A stretch of 64,000 nt of DNA from an uncultured Planctomycetota bacterium (GCA_963752285.1 CAVVXN010000002.1:545729-609728); one strand, 5' to 3'; numbered from the stretch's first letter, positions 53,694 through 64,000 are shown. A program made the numbers and translations. The notes: generated from the letters alone by a model not told the origin.

Positions 53694-53929
53694 GAGCGCG
53701 GACCGTCCCCTCGCGGACTCGATGATGCTTGGACATGGTACGCGCCGACGAGCGCGCCCCGCGAAGCCGTGCCGGCACCGCGCGCCCTCCGGCCCGTCGC
53801 CTGGCCGGGGGTGTGCGCTCCGCGCCGGACCGGTGGCGGCGGCATTCTGAAAACGGACCTTGCGGCCCCCTGAGAAGGGACCCCCTGGCGGGGTGAGCGG
53901 TCCAGGAGGTCCTGCGTGCCCGGCTCTTT

Positions 53930-54320
53930 CGGAGGGAGGCGTTCGTTCATCGCACGCACCCGCCGCGGCACACGCTCGAGGGGGACTTTGGCGAGTCCTG
54001 GGCGGTCGTAGCCGGCGAGCTGCGGAAGGTGAAGTTCCTCGTGACGTCGCTGCCCTGCAGCAGTGCCTACTTCGCGAAGGCCTATGCGGTGGAGCGCCTG
54101 GAGTGCATGCTGGACGGCGTGGCGGATTCGTTCGCGTTCTTCGGGGGCGTCACCGAGCGCGCGGTGTTCGACAACACCTCGCTGGTGGTGAAGAAGATCC
54201 TGCGCGGCCGGGACCGCGAGATCACGCAGGCCTTCGAGGGCTTCCGTGGGCAGTACCCGTTCGGGGCCGAGTTCCGCGCACCGGGCAAGGGCAATGAGAT
54301 GGGATCCGTGGAAGGGGGCG
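53930..54320 (+). mobile_element. IS21-family IstA fragment
   Basis: EGDFGE, FFGGV....FDN, PGKGNE.GSVE. Confidence 0.85.
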
Positions 54321-54405
54321 CGACCTGTCACCCGAGCTGATCGCCGGGTCGGAGCTTGCGCATCCGCGTCTTCGGGCCGCCGCCGGTTGCGGAAAGACCG
54401 CTGTC

Positions 54406-57400
54406 GTGGCACCTGTCCATCGGCCCGGCATTGCCTGGAGACGAGGGCGCTTGGGTAGACTGGCCTGGGTGCTCCACCTTCGACCGATCGCGCGACGCGG
54501 CAGATGGGTCGGCCTTGTTCTCCTCGCACTCGCAGTCGGTTTGGATCCCGCGCACGGCGAGGATCGGGCTGAGGCAGAACCGCCCTCAGGCCTCTGGGGG
54601 ACTGTGCTCCACGAGGGGAGGCCAGTGCCCGGGGCCTCCGTGCTGCTGTACCGCGGCGTGACGTACGCCGGCTCCATGGCGGACGCTGACCAGGTGCGGC
54701 ACAGCTTCGCCTTGTTGGATCACCTCGAGTCCACGGCGTCGCCTGTCGCCTTCTCGCGGACGGACGGTCGTGGCGCATTCGTGTTTCCCGCGCTCGCGCC
54801 GGGGACCTACGCGGTCGAGGCCCGCGGTGAAGAGGGAACGTCTGGGTGGGCGCCGATCGTCTCGGTCGAGGTCGGTCAGTTTGTCGGTGTCCCCGTCGCC
54901 CTGGGTCACGCTGCGTCCGTGGAAGGCTCCGTCGTTGGGCGGGACGGCGCGCCGTTCCAGGGTTCGGTCCTGGTCGGCGCCCCGGACGCGGGGCCGGGGG
55001 CGGAGCCGGCAATCCCTGCCATCGCTGTTCGCCAAGCGGCTACCGACGCCGATGGGCGCTTCCGGTTGGACCTCGTGCCGGTTGGCGACTGGCGACTCCT
55101 TGCCGGGCAACCGCAAGCGAGTTGGGAGGTCGTGGCGACGATCCGGATAGCGCCGGATCGGGAAGCCGATGCGGTCGCTCACGCCACGGGATCCATCAGG
55201 GCACGTCCGGCACGCATGCTGCACCTCGTGGACGAGGCGGGCAGATCCGTAGCAGGGGCCCGCGTCGTGCTTCAAGGCGACGGGTGGATTGCGGGCGGGA
55301 CCACGTCCGCCGAGGGCCGTATGCGGTTTCGGGCGGACCCGGGGACCGTCTGCCCGGCGCGTGTGGCTGCGCCGGGGTTCCATCCGGTGTGGACCGGGGT
55401 CAAGGTCGATGGCGAGGAGTCCGTCCTCGCGCTCAAGACGGTCGCTCGCCGGGGACAGATCCGCGGCCGCCTGCGGGCGCCCGACGGGACACCGGCGGTG
55501 GGTGTCGCCGTGCGGGCTCTGAGCGGGGACACCGGGTACCTCGTGCCGCGCTCCGGGGCGACGCGCACGGGAGCGGATGGGGCGTTCGTCCTCGACGACG
55601 TCGAGGCAGGCCCGGCATGGCTGCTGGCCTTGGGTGCCGGCTTCGCGGTCCAGCGTCTCTCGGGCGCAGGCGGGCCGCCGAGGGGCGACGACCTGATCCA
55701 GGTTCCGCCGGGTGGCGAGGCCCGTGTGGAGGCAACGTTGAGCAGGGCCGGCTCGCTGGTCGGGCGCGTCGTGGACGACGAAGGGGCACCCGTTTCGGGG
55801 GCGCTGCTCCGGTGGGAGGTTTCGCCGATCGACTTCGTCGGGCACGGGATGGACGACGCGCCGGCGGAGGAACAGGCGGTCCGCTCGGATCCGGACGGCA
55901 CGTTCCGGATTCCCACCGTTGCGGCGCGCGTCCCCGTCGAGGTGACCGCGTCCGCCCCCGGCTACATGGGTGTTCCCGTGACGGTGCCTGCAGGGTCCGA
56001 CGAGGTCGATGGTCGTCTTGTCCTCGTCCGGCTGACCCCGGCCCGATGGCTTGCGGCCGACGTTCAGCGCGGTGGATTGCCGGCCCTGGGGGCGAGGGTC
56101 ACGGTGACGTGCGATGACGAGCGCGGATGGGGCGAGTACCTGCACGTGGTCGCCCCCGTGGGCCGCTCCGGCCAGTGGGTGGCCGGGCCCTTTCCCAGGC
56201 GCGATCTGCGGGTTGAGGTGAGAGATCCCGAGTCGCCCCAGGCGATCCAAGTGCACGTCGCCGCAGAGGACGACCGGCCCCTGGGCGTCTCGCTGGAGCC
56301 GGGCCTGGAGATCACGGGCCGACTGATGGACGCCGCGGGTGCTCCCGTGGCGGGGGTGATCGTTTCCGCAGAGCGTCGCCGAAGCAATCAGCAGTACCGG
56401 AGCGCGACAACCGGCGAAGACGGCCGGTTTCGGTTCGGCGGGCTGGCGCGGAGCGAGTGGTCGCTCTCGGCCCAGCGCGGAGCGGCACGGGCCGAGGTGA
56501 TCGCGGAGGCGGGTGCGCGCGACGTTCGTCTGGTACTGAACGGGGACGCCTCGGTTCCCAGCGCCGTTCGGGTCCTCGTCCGAGGTCATGACGGCGGCGT
56601 GGTGACGCTGGCCGCCATTCGCTGGAAGGCCCCGTGGCAGTCCGGCGAGGGGCTTTGGGCACCAGGCAAGGAGATCGACCTCCTGGGGGAGGAGGGTGCC
56701 GAGGGCCTCGAGATCGAGGTCGTGGACCCCAGGGGCGCCGAGGGGGCAACCCTCCCGTACGGTCCGGCGCGGGTCGGTCCCCTGCGGAGGACCGATCGGG
56801 AGGTCGAGGTCGTCCTTCCGGCGGGACGCAGCTTGAAGGGGCGGGTGTCGGTGCCGGCTGGAGCGGATCCCGGGGGATTCCGTGTCGTCGCCCTGGGCAC
56901 TTCGAGCCTCGACGGTGACAGGATCGCGATCGGCGAATCCACCAGCCGCGCGGACGGGGCCTTCGAGATCCCGAGCGCCGGGGATGCGGACGTGGAGTTG
57001 GCCGTGCGTGCCGGCAGCGCCGCTCGCGTGGGTCTCGTCTCGCCGGTGGAGGCTCGTCCCGGCGGGGAACTCGTTGTGCTGCCTCTGGTGCGCCGGGCCA
57101 ACTTCGTCCTGACGGTGCTCGCGCACGACGGCCAACCGGCAAACGGAGCCTTCGTGACTGCGTCTCGGAGGCTCCTGAACGAGGTCGAGGACCACCGCGC
57201 CCGTGTGGACGAGCACGGCCAGGTCGTCGTTGCCGACCTGGTGCCCGGCGCCGTCTACGAGTTGACGGTGCAGGGCACGAGCGAGCAGGGAGCGACCCTC
57301 CACCTCGACCCGTGGATCGCCGAGGGCGGGGAACTACGGCTCGGCACGCGCTTGCTGATCCGGGGCGTCGTACGGGACGACGCCGGTGCATCCTACCCGG

Positions 57401-58158
57401 GAGCCCTCGTGCTCCTCCGGGCCGCAGGTGCGTGGGCTGGGTTTGCGGCGGCCGACGAGTCGGGCCGCTTCGAGATGGAGGTCACCTCCGACGCGGAGGC
57501 GGAGGTGGTGGCAGTCCCTCCGTGCGACCTGTGGAGCAACGCGTTCTGCGAGTGGGACCTGGGTTCGACGCCAGTTCCAGCGCGCGCCGAAATTCCTGTG
57601 TCCCTCGTAGTTTCGCGCGGAGTGACCATCGAGTTCCGTCTGGACGCGCGCCGTCCGGCGTCGTGGGCGCGCATGCGGCTCGTGCTCACGCGGATGGACG
57701 GGCAAGCCCGCCCCGACATGCCGACAAGCGGCGTTGTGGCTCTCCCGGCGACGGGCCAGGGTCGGCTTCCGCCCCTGGTCTCCGGGGCGCGCTACGCCCT
57801 CTATCTGCCGGAGGGTGAGTCCGGCCATTGCGCCCTGACCTTCTTCACGGCGGCGGAGGGGCAGGAGGTCAGACTGCTCCCCGCGCAGGCCGGAACCGTC
57901 ACCGGGCGCGTGAACGGCGGCCCCGTGGGAGCTTCCGTCCGCGTCCGGGCGCGAGTCCAGGGCGAGGCCACCTCCGTGCCGATGGCGGCCGACGGCTCGT
58001 TCGCACTGGGCGGGCTCCCCGTCGGGATCCGTGTGGGGCTCGAAGCCGCCACAACGCAGGATGGGCAGCGATGGGAAGGGCACGGCGTCGCCCAACCGGG
58101 GGAGGACGTTCTCATCGATCTTGCGCCCGTAGGGACGGCACCGGAGGGCCCGCGGTGA
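54406..58158 (+). CDS. Large secreted protein with carboxypeptidase-regulatory-like repeats
   Basis: Signal region; repeated GRV.D..G.PV.GA and T..DG.F units. Confidence 0.8.
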   Translation: MAPVHRPGIAWRRGRLGRLAWVLHLRPIARRGRWVGLVLLALAVGLDPAHGEDRAEAEPPSGLWGTVLHEGRPVPGASVLLYRGVTYAGSMADADQVRHSFALLDHLESTASPVAFSRTDGRGAFVFPALAPGTYAVEARGEEGTSGWAPIVSVEVGQFVGVPVALGHAASVEGSVVGRDGAPFQGSVLVGAPDAGPGAEPAIPAIAVRQAATDADGRFRLDLVPVGDWRLLAGQPQASWEVVATIRIAPDREADAVAHATGSIRARPARMLHLVDEAGRSVAGARVVLQGDGWIAGGTTSAEGRMRFRADPGTVCPARVAAPGFHPVWTGVKVDGEESVLALKTVARRGQIRGRLRAPDGTPAVGVAVRALSGDTGYLVPRSGATRTGADGAFVLDDVEAGPAWLLALGAGFAVQRLSGAGGPPRGDDLIQVPPGGEARVEATLSRAGSLVGRVVDDEGAPVSGALLRWEVSPIDFVGHGMDDAPAEEQAVRSDPDGTFRIPTVAARVPVEVTASAPGYMGVPVTVPAGSDEVDGRLVLVRLTPARWLAADVQRGGLPALGARVTVTCDDERGWGEYLHVVAPVGRSGQWVAGPFPRRDLRVEVRDPESPQAIQVHVAAEDDRPLGVSLEPGLEITGRLMDAAGAPVAGVIVSAERRRSNQQYRSATTGEDGRFRFGGLARSEWSLSAQRGAARAEVIAEAGARDVRLVLNGDASVPSAVRVLVRGHDGGVVTLAAIRWKAPWQSGEGLWAPGKEIDLLGEEGAEGLEIEVVDPRGAEGATLPYGPARVGPLRRTDREVEVVLPAGRSLKGRVSVPAGADPGGFRVVALGTSSLDGDRIAIGESTSRADGAFEIPSAGDADVELAVRAGSAARVGLVSPVEARPGGELVVLPLVRRANFVLTVLAHDGQPANGAFVTASRRLLNEVEDHRARVDEHGQVVVADLVPGAVYELTVQGTSEQGATLHLDPWIAEGGELRLGTRLLIRGVVRDDAGASYPGALVLLRAAGAWAGFAAADESGRFEMEVTSDAEAEVVAVPPCDLWSNAFCEWDLGSTPVPARAEIPVSLVVSRGVTIEFRLDARRPASWARMRLVLTRMDGQARPDMPTSGVVALPATGQGRLPPLVSGARYALYLPEGESGHCALTFFTAAEGQEVRLLPAQAGTVTGRVNGGPVGASVRVRARVQGEATSVPMAADGSFALGGLPVGIRVGLEAATTQDGQRWEGHGVAQPGEDVLIDLAPVGTAPEGPR

Positions 58159-58469
58159 ACGCGTGGGCCGTCGTCGGGGGAGTCGCGCGGTCCGGTGAAC
58201 CGACGGCAAGCCTGGGAATCGAACGTATGCCGGCGCCTCGCCGTCTCCATGAACGATCTGTGGGGCACGGGCTACGTCGCAAAGCCGGACGACGATTCGC
58301 CGGACGGGCTCCTGGCCCGTGCGTCGGGTCGTTTCCCGGACCTGCCCATGGAAGTCGTCAGCGCGCCGCTGGGAACCAGAACGGACCAGCTCGTCCGAGG
58401 CGAAGGCGGCAACGCGCTCGAAGACCGACGCCGAGACGCTCGTGCTGGCGGTGGACACGGCCATGCGGG

Positions 58470-59072
58470 TCCACGGCGGTGCCGGGGACTTCCCGACCTG
58501 GCATGCCGAGGGGCGGCACCGCGCCGCGCAAGACGCTCTTCATCGAGGGCCACCACGAGGACTTCGCCGGGTTGGAGTGACAGAACGACCCAGAGATCCT
58601 CCCGAACCTGGTCTACCTTCCGAACGGCGCCACGCACGACCTCGACGGCGTGACCGTGGGGGGCGTCGGCGGCTGTCACGGGCCGTCGAACTACGGTCGC
58701 CGGACCAGGTCCCTTCAGGGCTACGCGAAGCGGCACTACACGCGGGAAGACATCGACCGACTGATCGGCGCGGGTCGCGTGGACGTTCTGCTGACTCACG
58801 ATGCGCGTACGGGGTTCGTGTTCCCGCGTCACAGGCGGGGTCGGGACTGGCCGAGCGAGGCGGCCGGGCTGGACGATCTGATGCGAGCGGCCAATCCGCG
58901 GGTCTGCTTCTTCGGCCACCACCACACGCGGGTGGACGGTGTCATCGACGACATCCCGTGCCTGGGTCGGAACATCGTCGGTGGGAGACCGGGAAACCTC
59001 GTGGCGCGGCGGGTAGATGAGGCCGGCTGGGCTCCGCTGGGGCAGTGGCCCGCGGCGGCGCCTGTCGGGTAG
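58470..59072 (+). pseudogene. Metallophosphoesterase (Dbr1-like) remnant
   Basis: GDF, TLFIEGHHED, DVLLTHD, CFFGHHH; frameshift near 58513, TGA at 58578, N-terminus absent. Confidence 0.7.
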
Positions 59073-59205
59073 CCAGGACGCCGGATTGCCATGCCGCTTG
59101 CAGAACCGGTCACATCGTCATTGGTTCTGCGAGCGCATTGGCGGGAAGTTCGTCATTGAGCCCCAGAAGATAGGCTTATGATAGGTAAAAGTCTGTGGAT
59201 GTAGG

Positions 59206-59264
59206 CGATCGCTGACATTCGTGGTTGTCAGCGATCGACGACAATCTAGAATGTCAGCGATCGA
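59206..59264 (+). promoter_or_regulatory. Putative HipB operator array
   Basis: CGATCGCTGACA / TGTCAGCGATCG inverted pair plus a third copy. Confidence 0.65.
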
Positions 59265-59280
59265 ATACATGGAGGCTGCC

Positions 59281-59583
59281 ATGCGCCTGAGAACCCCCGC
59301 CGACTTTGGAGCCGCCATCCGCGAGCAGCGCCGGGTCCTGGACCTCGACCAGGCAGCCCTAGCCAGGCGCGTGGGCGTCAGCCGCCAGTGGATCATCGAG
59401 GTCGAGAAGGGGAAGCCACGCGCTGCGATGCAGTTGGTCCTGCGCACCCTGGAGGTGCTGGGGATCGAGTTGTGGACCGAGAGGAGCGCTCCGCCCTCGT
59501 CGCCTGGGTCCCAGCCAGGCGCCGCGGTGGACCTCGGGAGCATCGTGGATGCGCACCGCAAGCCCCGTGGAGCACGCTCGTGA
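59281..59583 (+). CDS. hipB: HipB-like XRE HTH antitoxin
   Basis: GAAIREQR..LDQAALA..VGVSRQWI..VEKGK; GGAGG RBS; GTGA coupling to hipA. Confidence 0.88.
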   Translation: MRLRTPADFGAAIREQRRVLDLDQAALARRVGVSRQWIIEVEKGKPRAAMQLVLRTLEVLGIELWTERSAPPSSPGSQPGAAVDLGSIVDAHRKPRGARS

Positions 59584-61004
59584 GCACCAAGGAACTCATC
59601 GCCGTCCTGTGGGGGAACGAGGTCGGTCGCCTGATCTGTGACCGCAACGGGCGGCTGCGGTTCACGTACGCGGATGGCTGGCGCACACGCGAGGACGCCA
59701 TTCCTCTGTCCCTGTCGATGCCCCTCGCCGCACAGGAGCACGGGCACAAGCCCGTGTCGGCCTTCCTCTGGGGACTCTTGCCCGACAACGAGGTCGTGCT
59801 GCGCCGTTGGGGGCAGCGCTTCCAGGTCTCGGCGCGAAACGCCTTCGCGCTGATCGCGAACGTAGGGGAAGACTGTGCCGGGGCCGTGCAGTTCGTGCGG
59901 ACCGAGCGGCTCGACGCGGTCCTGGGCTGTGGGCCCATGCAGGTGGAGTGGCTCGACGACGAGGGAATCGCCGAGCGGCTGCGTCTCCTCCGGGAGGACC
60001 GGGGAGCGTGGCGCGGCCCGTCAGACACCGGGCAGTTCAGCCTCTCTGGGGCGCAGGCGAAGACCGCCTTCCTGCTCGAAGGGGAGCGCTTCGGCATTCC
60101 ATCCGGGCGCACCCCAACGACGCACATCCTGAAGCCGCCGCTGCGGGAGTTCCCGGGGCACGTCGAGAATGAGCACTTCTGCATGGCCCTGGCGAGAGAG
60201 CTCGGGCTGGCGACCGCCGTCTCCGAGGTTCGGCGGTTCGGCAACGAGCTGGCCATCGTGGTCACGCGCTACGACCGGGCCCGCACCGCAGAGATCGCGG
60301 CGGCCGCGGCGGCGAGGGCAGCGGCGGCCGCGGCGAGGGCGGCGCGGGAGGGCGACGTGGCGGCGGCGGCGGCGGCAGCGGCAGCCTCGGCGGAGGCGGC
60401 GGCCCTGGGCGAGCTCGCGGAGTCGCAGCCGATCCTGAGGCTCCATCAAGAGGACACGTGCCAGGCGCTCGCCATCGAGCCGACATCGAAGTACCAGAAC
60501 GAGGGGGGACCGTCGCCGGGACAGATCGCCGAGCTACTGCGGGGGAGCTCGAGCAGTCCGATGGAGGACGTCGCGGCCTTCGTGGACGCGCTCGGGTACA
60601 ACTGGATCATCGCGGGCACGGACGCGCACGCGAAGAACTACTCGCTGCTCCTTGCCGCCCGAGGGCAAGTGCGCCTGGCACCCCTGTACGACCTGGCCAG
60701 CGCACTTCCGTATCCCAGTCTGGAGCTTCCGCGGCTCCGCCTCGCCATGAAGATCGGATCCACGTATCGCATCCGGGACATCCAGGGCCGGCACTGGCGC
60801 GCGCTGTGCCAGGCACTACGCATCGACGAGAGTGAGACGATCGGCCGCATCGACGCCATCGCCGCGGGGGCGGAGGACCGGGTGGGCGACCTCGGCGCCC
60901 GCATGATCGAGGAAGGGCTCGACGCGGAGGTCGTGGGCCGACTGGGCGATCGCATCGGAGGTCGCGCGCGCGCGTGTCGGAGGCTCCTGGCTGACGCCAC
61001 GTAG
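59580..61004 (+). CDS. hipA: HipA-family kinase toxin
   Basis: PLSLSMP, GLLPDN, SLSGAQAK, THILKP, RLHQED, TDAHAKNYS, LAPLYD. Confidence 0.95.
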   Translation: MSTKELIAVLWGNEVGRLICDRNGRLRFTYADGWRTREDAIPLSLSMPLAAQEHGHKPVSAFLWGLLPDNEVVLRRWGQRFQVSARNAFALIANVGEDCAGAVQFVRTERLDAVLGCGPMQVEWLDDEGIAERLRLLREDRGAWRGPSDTGQFSLSGAQAKTAFLLEGERFGIPSGRTPTTHILKPPLREFPGHVENEHFCMALARELGLATAVSEVRRFGNELAIVVTRYDRARTAEIAAAAAARAAAAAARAAREGDVAAAAAAAAASAEAAALGELAESQPILRLHQEDTCQALAIEPTSKYQNEGGPSPGQIAELLRGSSSSPMEDVAAFVDALGYNWIIAGTDAHAKNYSLLLAARGQVRLAPLYDLASALPYPSLELPRLRLAMKIGSTYRIRDIQGRHWRALCQALRIDESETIGRIDAIAAGAEDRVGDLGARMIEEGLDAEVVGRLGDRIGGRARACRRLLADAT

Positions 61005-61010
61005 CCCGAG

Positions 61011-61220
61011 TGATCATGCGCGGCGGGAATCGGAATCCGGATGAGTGGGCTGGCCCCGGTTCGGTGGAGGGTCGGGCGCTGGGGTAGGAGATACCCCCGA
61101 TGCCCAAGACCCGTCCCCCCTACCCCCCTGAGTTCCGCCGCCGGCTCCTGGACCTCGTCCGAGCCGGTCGCACTCCCGAGAGCCTCTCGAAGGAGTTCAA
61201 GGTCTCCGCGCAGTCGATCC
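61011..61220 (+). mobile_element. IS3-family left end and orfA fragment
   Basis: MPKTRPPYPPEFRRR..LVRAGRTPE.LSKEF..SAQSI; left boundary approximate. Confidence 0.8.
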
Positions 61221-61246
61221 CGACCCCCGCTCGCGCCGGAACCGTC

Positions 61247-61274
61247 CCGGCGTCGAACTCACGGACTCCATGCC
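61247..61274 (+). repeat. Short fragment of repeat type 2
   Basis: CCGGCGTCGAACTCACGGACTCCATGCC versus CCGGCGTTGAACTCACGGACTCTACGCC at 61667-61694. Confidence 0.6.
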
Positions 61275-61553
61275 TCCTTCTGGCAGGCAGTCGCAGAGGG
61301 GCCCGGTCCGTCACTTGACGCCGTGGACGGGGCCCTTTTCGACCCTGCGGATCGAGCGGACCCCCGCCGCACTGTCCGGGAGCCGGTTGATAGACAGACC
61401 CCCTCCGGCCCCTGATTCCTGGGCTTTGCGGACACAGCAGGGCCCGGTTCGACACTCAGGGTGCGGCGGACCCCCGTTCTGAACCTCCCACTCCTGTTAA
61501 GCGGCGGGTCGGAGTTCGATGTTGCCGACGGGGAGCCACTATCCCGCTTAAGG

Positions 61554-61766
61554 CCGCGAGAGGCCGGAGAGCACGCCGAGAGGACCGCCCCGGAGCGGCG
61601 CCCGCAGGGGCCAGAACTTCGGGGCTCACGGGATGTGCGCCTCGGCGGCGCCGCAGACGCCCCGCCCCGGCGTTGAACTCACGGACTCTACGCCATCCTC
61701 TCAGACTCTCGGTCCCGGGGAGAGAGGGCCCGGTTGGTTAACAGCCAGTCGCGAATGGGCGCCCAC
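61554..61766 (+). repeat. Non-coding repeat type 2, copy D (diverged, empty IS target)
   Basis: Shares CCGCGAGAGGCCGGAGA, CCCGCAGGGGCCAGAACTTCG, CACGGACTCTACGC, TCCTCTCAGACTCTCGGTC and GAATGGG. Confidence 0.85.
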
Positions 61767-62045
61767 CGCACCCGAGACCCCGGTCCGCGGCGGTCCCCCC
61801 CGAGCCGTATGATCCAAGGTGGTCAGCGCCGATCAGGTCCCTCAGGCGACTATCCGACGTCGGCTTGCACTCAGCCAGGGGTCTCGCGCGACGCGCCAAC
61901 GGGGTTGCCCCAAGGCGCGAGCAAGAGGCCGGTCAACGGCGCATGGCGGTGTGTCCGAGGGGCTCTGCCGGTATCAACTCTGGTTCGGGGTCGCGTGGGG
62001 TACGTTGCCAGTGCGATCCAGCCGTGCGCTTAGGGGGATCAACGG

Positions 62046-63733
62046 ATGGTAGACGATGCAGCCTCGGCGTGGCCCCCTGCGTTCACTCTTGACCAAGAGC
62101 GCATCCTGAATCTGCTGACAGGCGATCGCTTCTACTCGGATCCGAGCGCCGCCCTGCGCGAGGCTGTCCTGAACGCCATCGACGCGGCGCATCGGAGGCA
62201 CAAGGGCGTGCCGGAGTTCACGCCAGTCCTTAGGGTGACGTTCGACCGGAACGAGCTGCGCCTCACGGTGTCGGACAACGGCGTCGGGATGAACCAGGAG
62301 GATGTCCGCTCACTCTTCGCCAAGATCGGTGCCTCGGCCGCGAATGCAGAGGTGAGCAAGGACTCTGTCGGTGAGTTCGGCATCGGGGTCATCAGCTACT
62401 TCATGGCGGGAGACCAGTTCACACTTCACACCTTCGATGGCACCACAACTCCGATCGGCTTGGTCTTCGACAGGTCAATGCTCGCCGGAGGAGGCGCAAG
62501 AGAGATCCCTGCGACAAGGGACTCGCAGGGCACAGAACTGACCATTCAGGTGCGCGATCAGCAGACCTTCAACGGGCTGCTCGAGCGTTTTTCGTATTGG
62601 TGTAGGGACGTCGACGGGCTGAGCTGCAAGGTCGTCCCGGAGGGGACTGAACTCTCGCAAGGTGGCATGCGTCGTGCGGTCGACGTCGTTCAAGTGGAAC
62701 ATCCCCAGTGGGTTGAGCGTGCGCACTTGGGACCAGTCGCCGATCCGGTCGGGTGGGATGCCATGACTGGCGCGTCGATCGTAGCCGTGCTCTATCGTGG
62801 TGTGTTTGTCCAGGAGTTTGAGGTGCGTGGCGCGTGGGGCATCGAGGGATCGATTGACGTTGACCCAAAGCACTTCAAGCCGCGCCTCAATCGGGAGGGC
62901 TTCGTCCAGGGACAGTTCCAGACCGAGGTGGAGGCGTTCCTGCGGTCGGCTCATCCCGCGGTGCTGCACGCGATGGCGCAAAGGTTGGAGGCCGCAGTAG
63001 CCAGTGGCCAGCTCGACAAGTGGACCGTCAAGCGCTGGGCGAGCTTGTGGCTGTCCGTCCCCCGACAACCCCCATATCAGTCGGTTGTCACCGCGTGGGA
63101 CTCTGTGTTTCGCGCACTTCCTGCTTTCGAGCTTGCGGTGGGCAACGCATGGGAAGCAGTGTCTCTAGAACGCCTTATGGCGCTTCCGGGCAAGGTGTAC
63201 ATTGCGCCCTTGGCAGAGGACAAGCCCAATGACGTCGTCCAGGCCGCGCTTCGTCTGCTGCGAAACATCGGTCGACCCGTGGTTCGGGGGATTCGCAAGG
63301 ACAAGGGCTGGCTAAAGTACGCACCAACATCACATGGAACCACTGCGGATCTTATCTCCTCGGTGTTCGCGCGCGAGTTGCCGGAACTGGTGTCGATTGC
63401 CTCCGTCGCTGAGGAAGTCCTCTCGGAGATCAGTCGCGTCGCGCCGCTCTACTCGGGTCCGCCGGCGGTCGACATGTGAAGCTCGGTTCCGACAGTCCTC
63501 CCGCCCTGCGACTGCAACGGCGACTGGTCCTGAACGCTGACCACCCTGGGGGTTCCGCCATGATTCGGGATGCGCTCGCGGAGAACGCAGGACACCGGAC
63601 GCTCATCTCATCCGCGTCACGACATGCCTACGAGCAGCTCACTCAGGTAGCCGCAGCGGTCCGCGACGCGGCCCAGCAGGCGGAGATTCTCAGCCCGGTC
63701 CGGAAGCGCTACATTAGGAGTCACCTCGGATGA
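62046..63733 (+). CDS. HtpG/Hsp90-like GHKL ATPase, frameshifted near 63475
   Basis: LREAVLNAIDA, DNGVGM, GEFGIG, GT; middle YRGVFV..LNREGF; tail LVLNADHP in the shifted frame. Confidence 0.82.
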
Positions 63734-64000
63734 GGATCCTGCTATTCGCAGGTGCAGGAACGTCTGTCGAGCTGGGTGTCCCTGGCATGCTCGGCCTCGC
63801 CAAGGAATTCCGTGAGCACAGTAGGCAGTGGGACGTCGAGCCCGAAATCGTAGACCGGCTCATGGGCCAGTCCGAGGACGTCGAGTACTTGATCGAGTCC
63901 CTCGACCAGATTTGCTCCGCGAGGGACTCGCTGGCCGCAATTGGACAGGACACAGCTGCGATCGTGCGCGCGGACAAGGTTCGCGCCGAAGTGGAATGGT
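63730..64000 (+). CDS. SIR2-like domain protein, runs off window end (absent from ORF track)
   Basis: Own translation MRILLFAGAGTSVELGVPGM..; ATGA overlap with upstream stop; open to the end. Confidence 0.75.
   Translation, partial: MRILLFAGAGTSVELGVPGMLGLAKEFREHSRQWDVEPEIVDRLMGQSEDVEYLIESLDQICSARDSLAAIGQDTAAIVRADKVRAEVEW

Noticed and set aside
59160..59195. AT-rich dif-like site
   Set aside because: Does not fit the 11-6-11 XerC/XerD consensus

Overview
High-GC bacterial DNA. The gene set (prenyltransferase-repeat, HEAT-repeat and carboxypeptidase-regulatory-like proteins, a kinase-FGE protein) is Planctomycete-like, which is an inference. 1-23 kb is mostly housekeeping: ABC exporter, a PMI/nucleotidyltransferase fusion, GT4, msrA, gltX, radical SAM, glnS, short purH, RRM protein. 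23-38.9 kb is a patchwork island holding an Rhs fragment, a group II intron relic, a DGR-type kinase-FGE target with a truncated HRDC gene, a family of non-coding repeats, a complete IS110/IS1111-type element, a candidate new toxin-antitoxin pair and many gene fragments. 38.9-51.7 kb is a two-component system and RND efflux region in which five promoters share one direct-repeat operator. After tRNA-Leu(TAA) at 52.6 kb a second island carries DUF2924, terminase, IS21 and IS3 relics, hipBA, and an HtpG-like ATPase coupled to a SIR2-domain gene. The strongest finding is the IS1111-type element. Its sub-terminal IRs, CT core, junction promoter and a structured non-coding RNA with guides matching both its target flanks and its own ends can be read from the sequence, and empty, mismatched copies of its target lie elsewhere in the window. 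All family calls are by eye from motifs; no searches were run.
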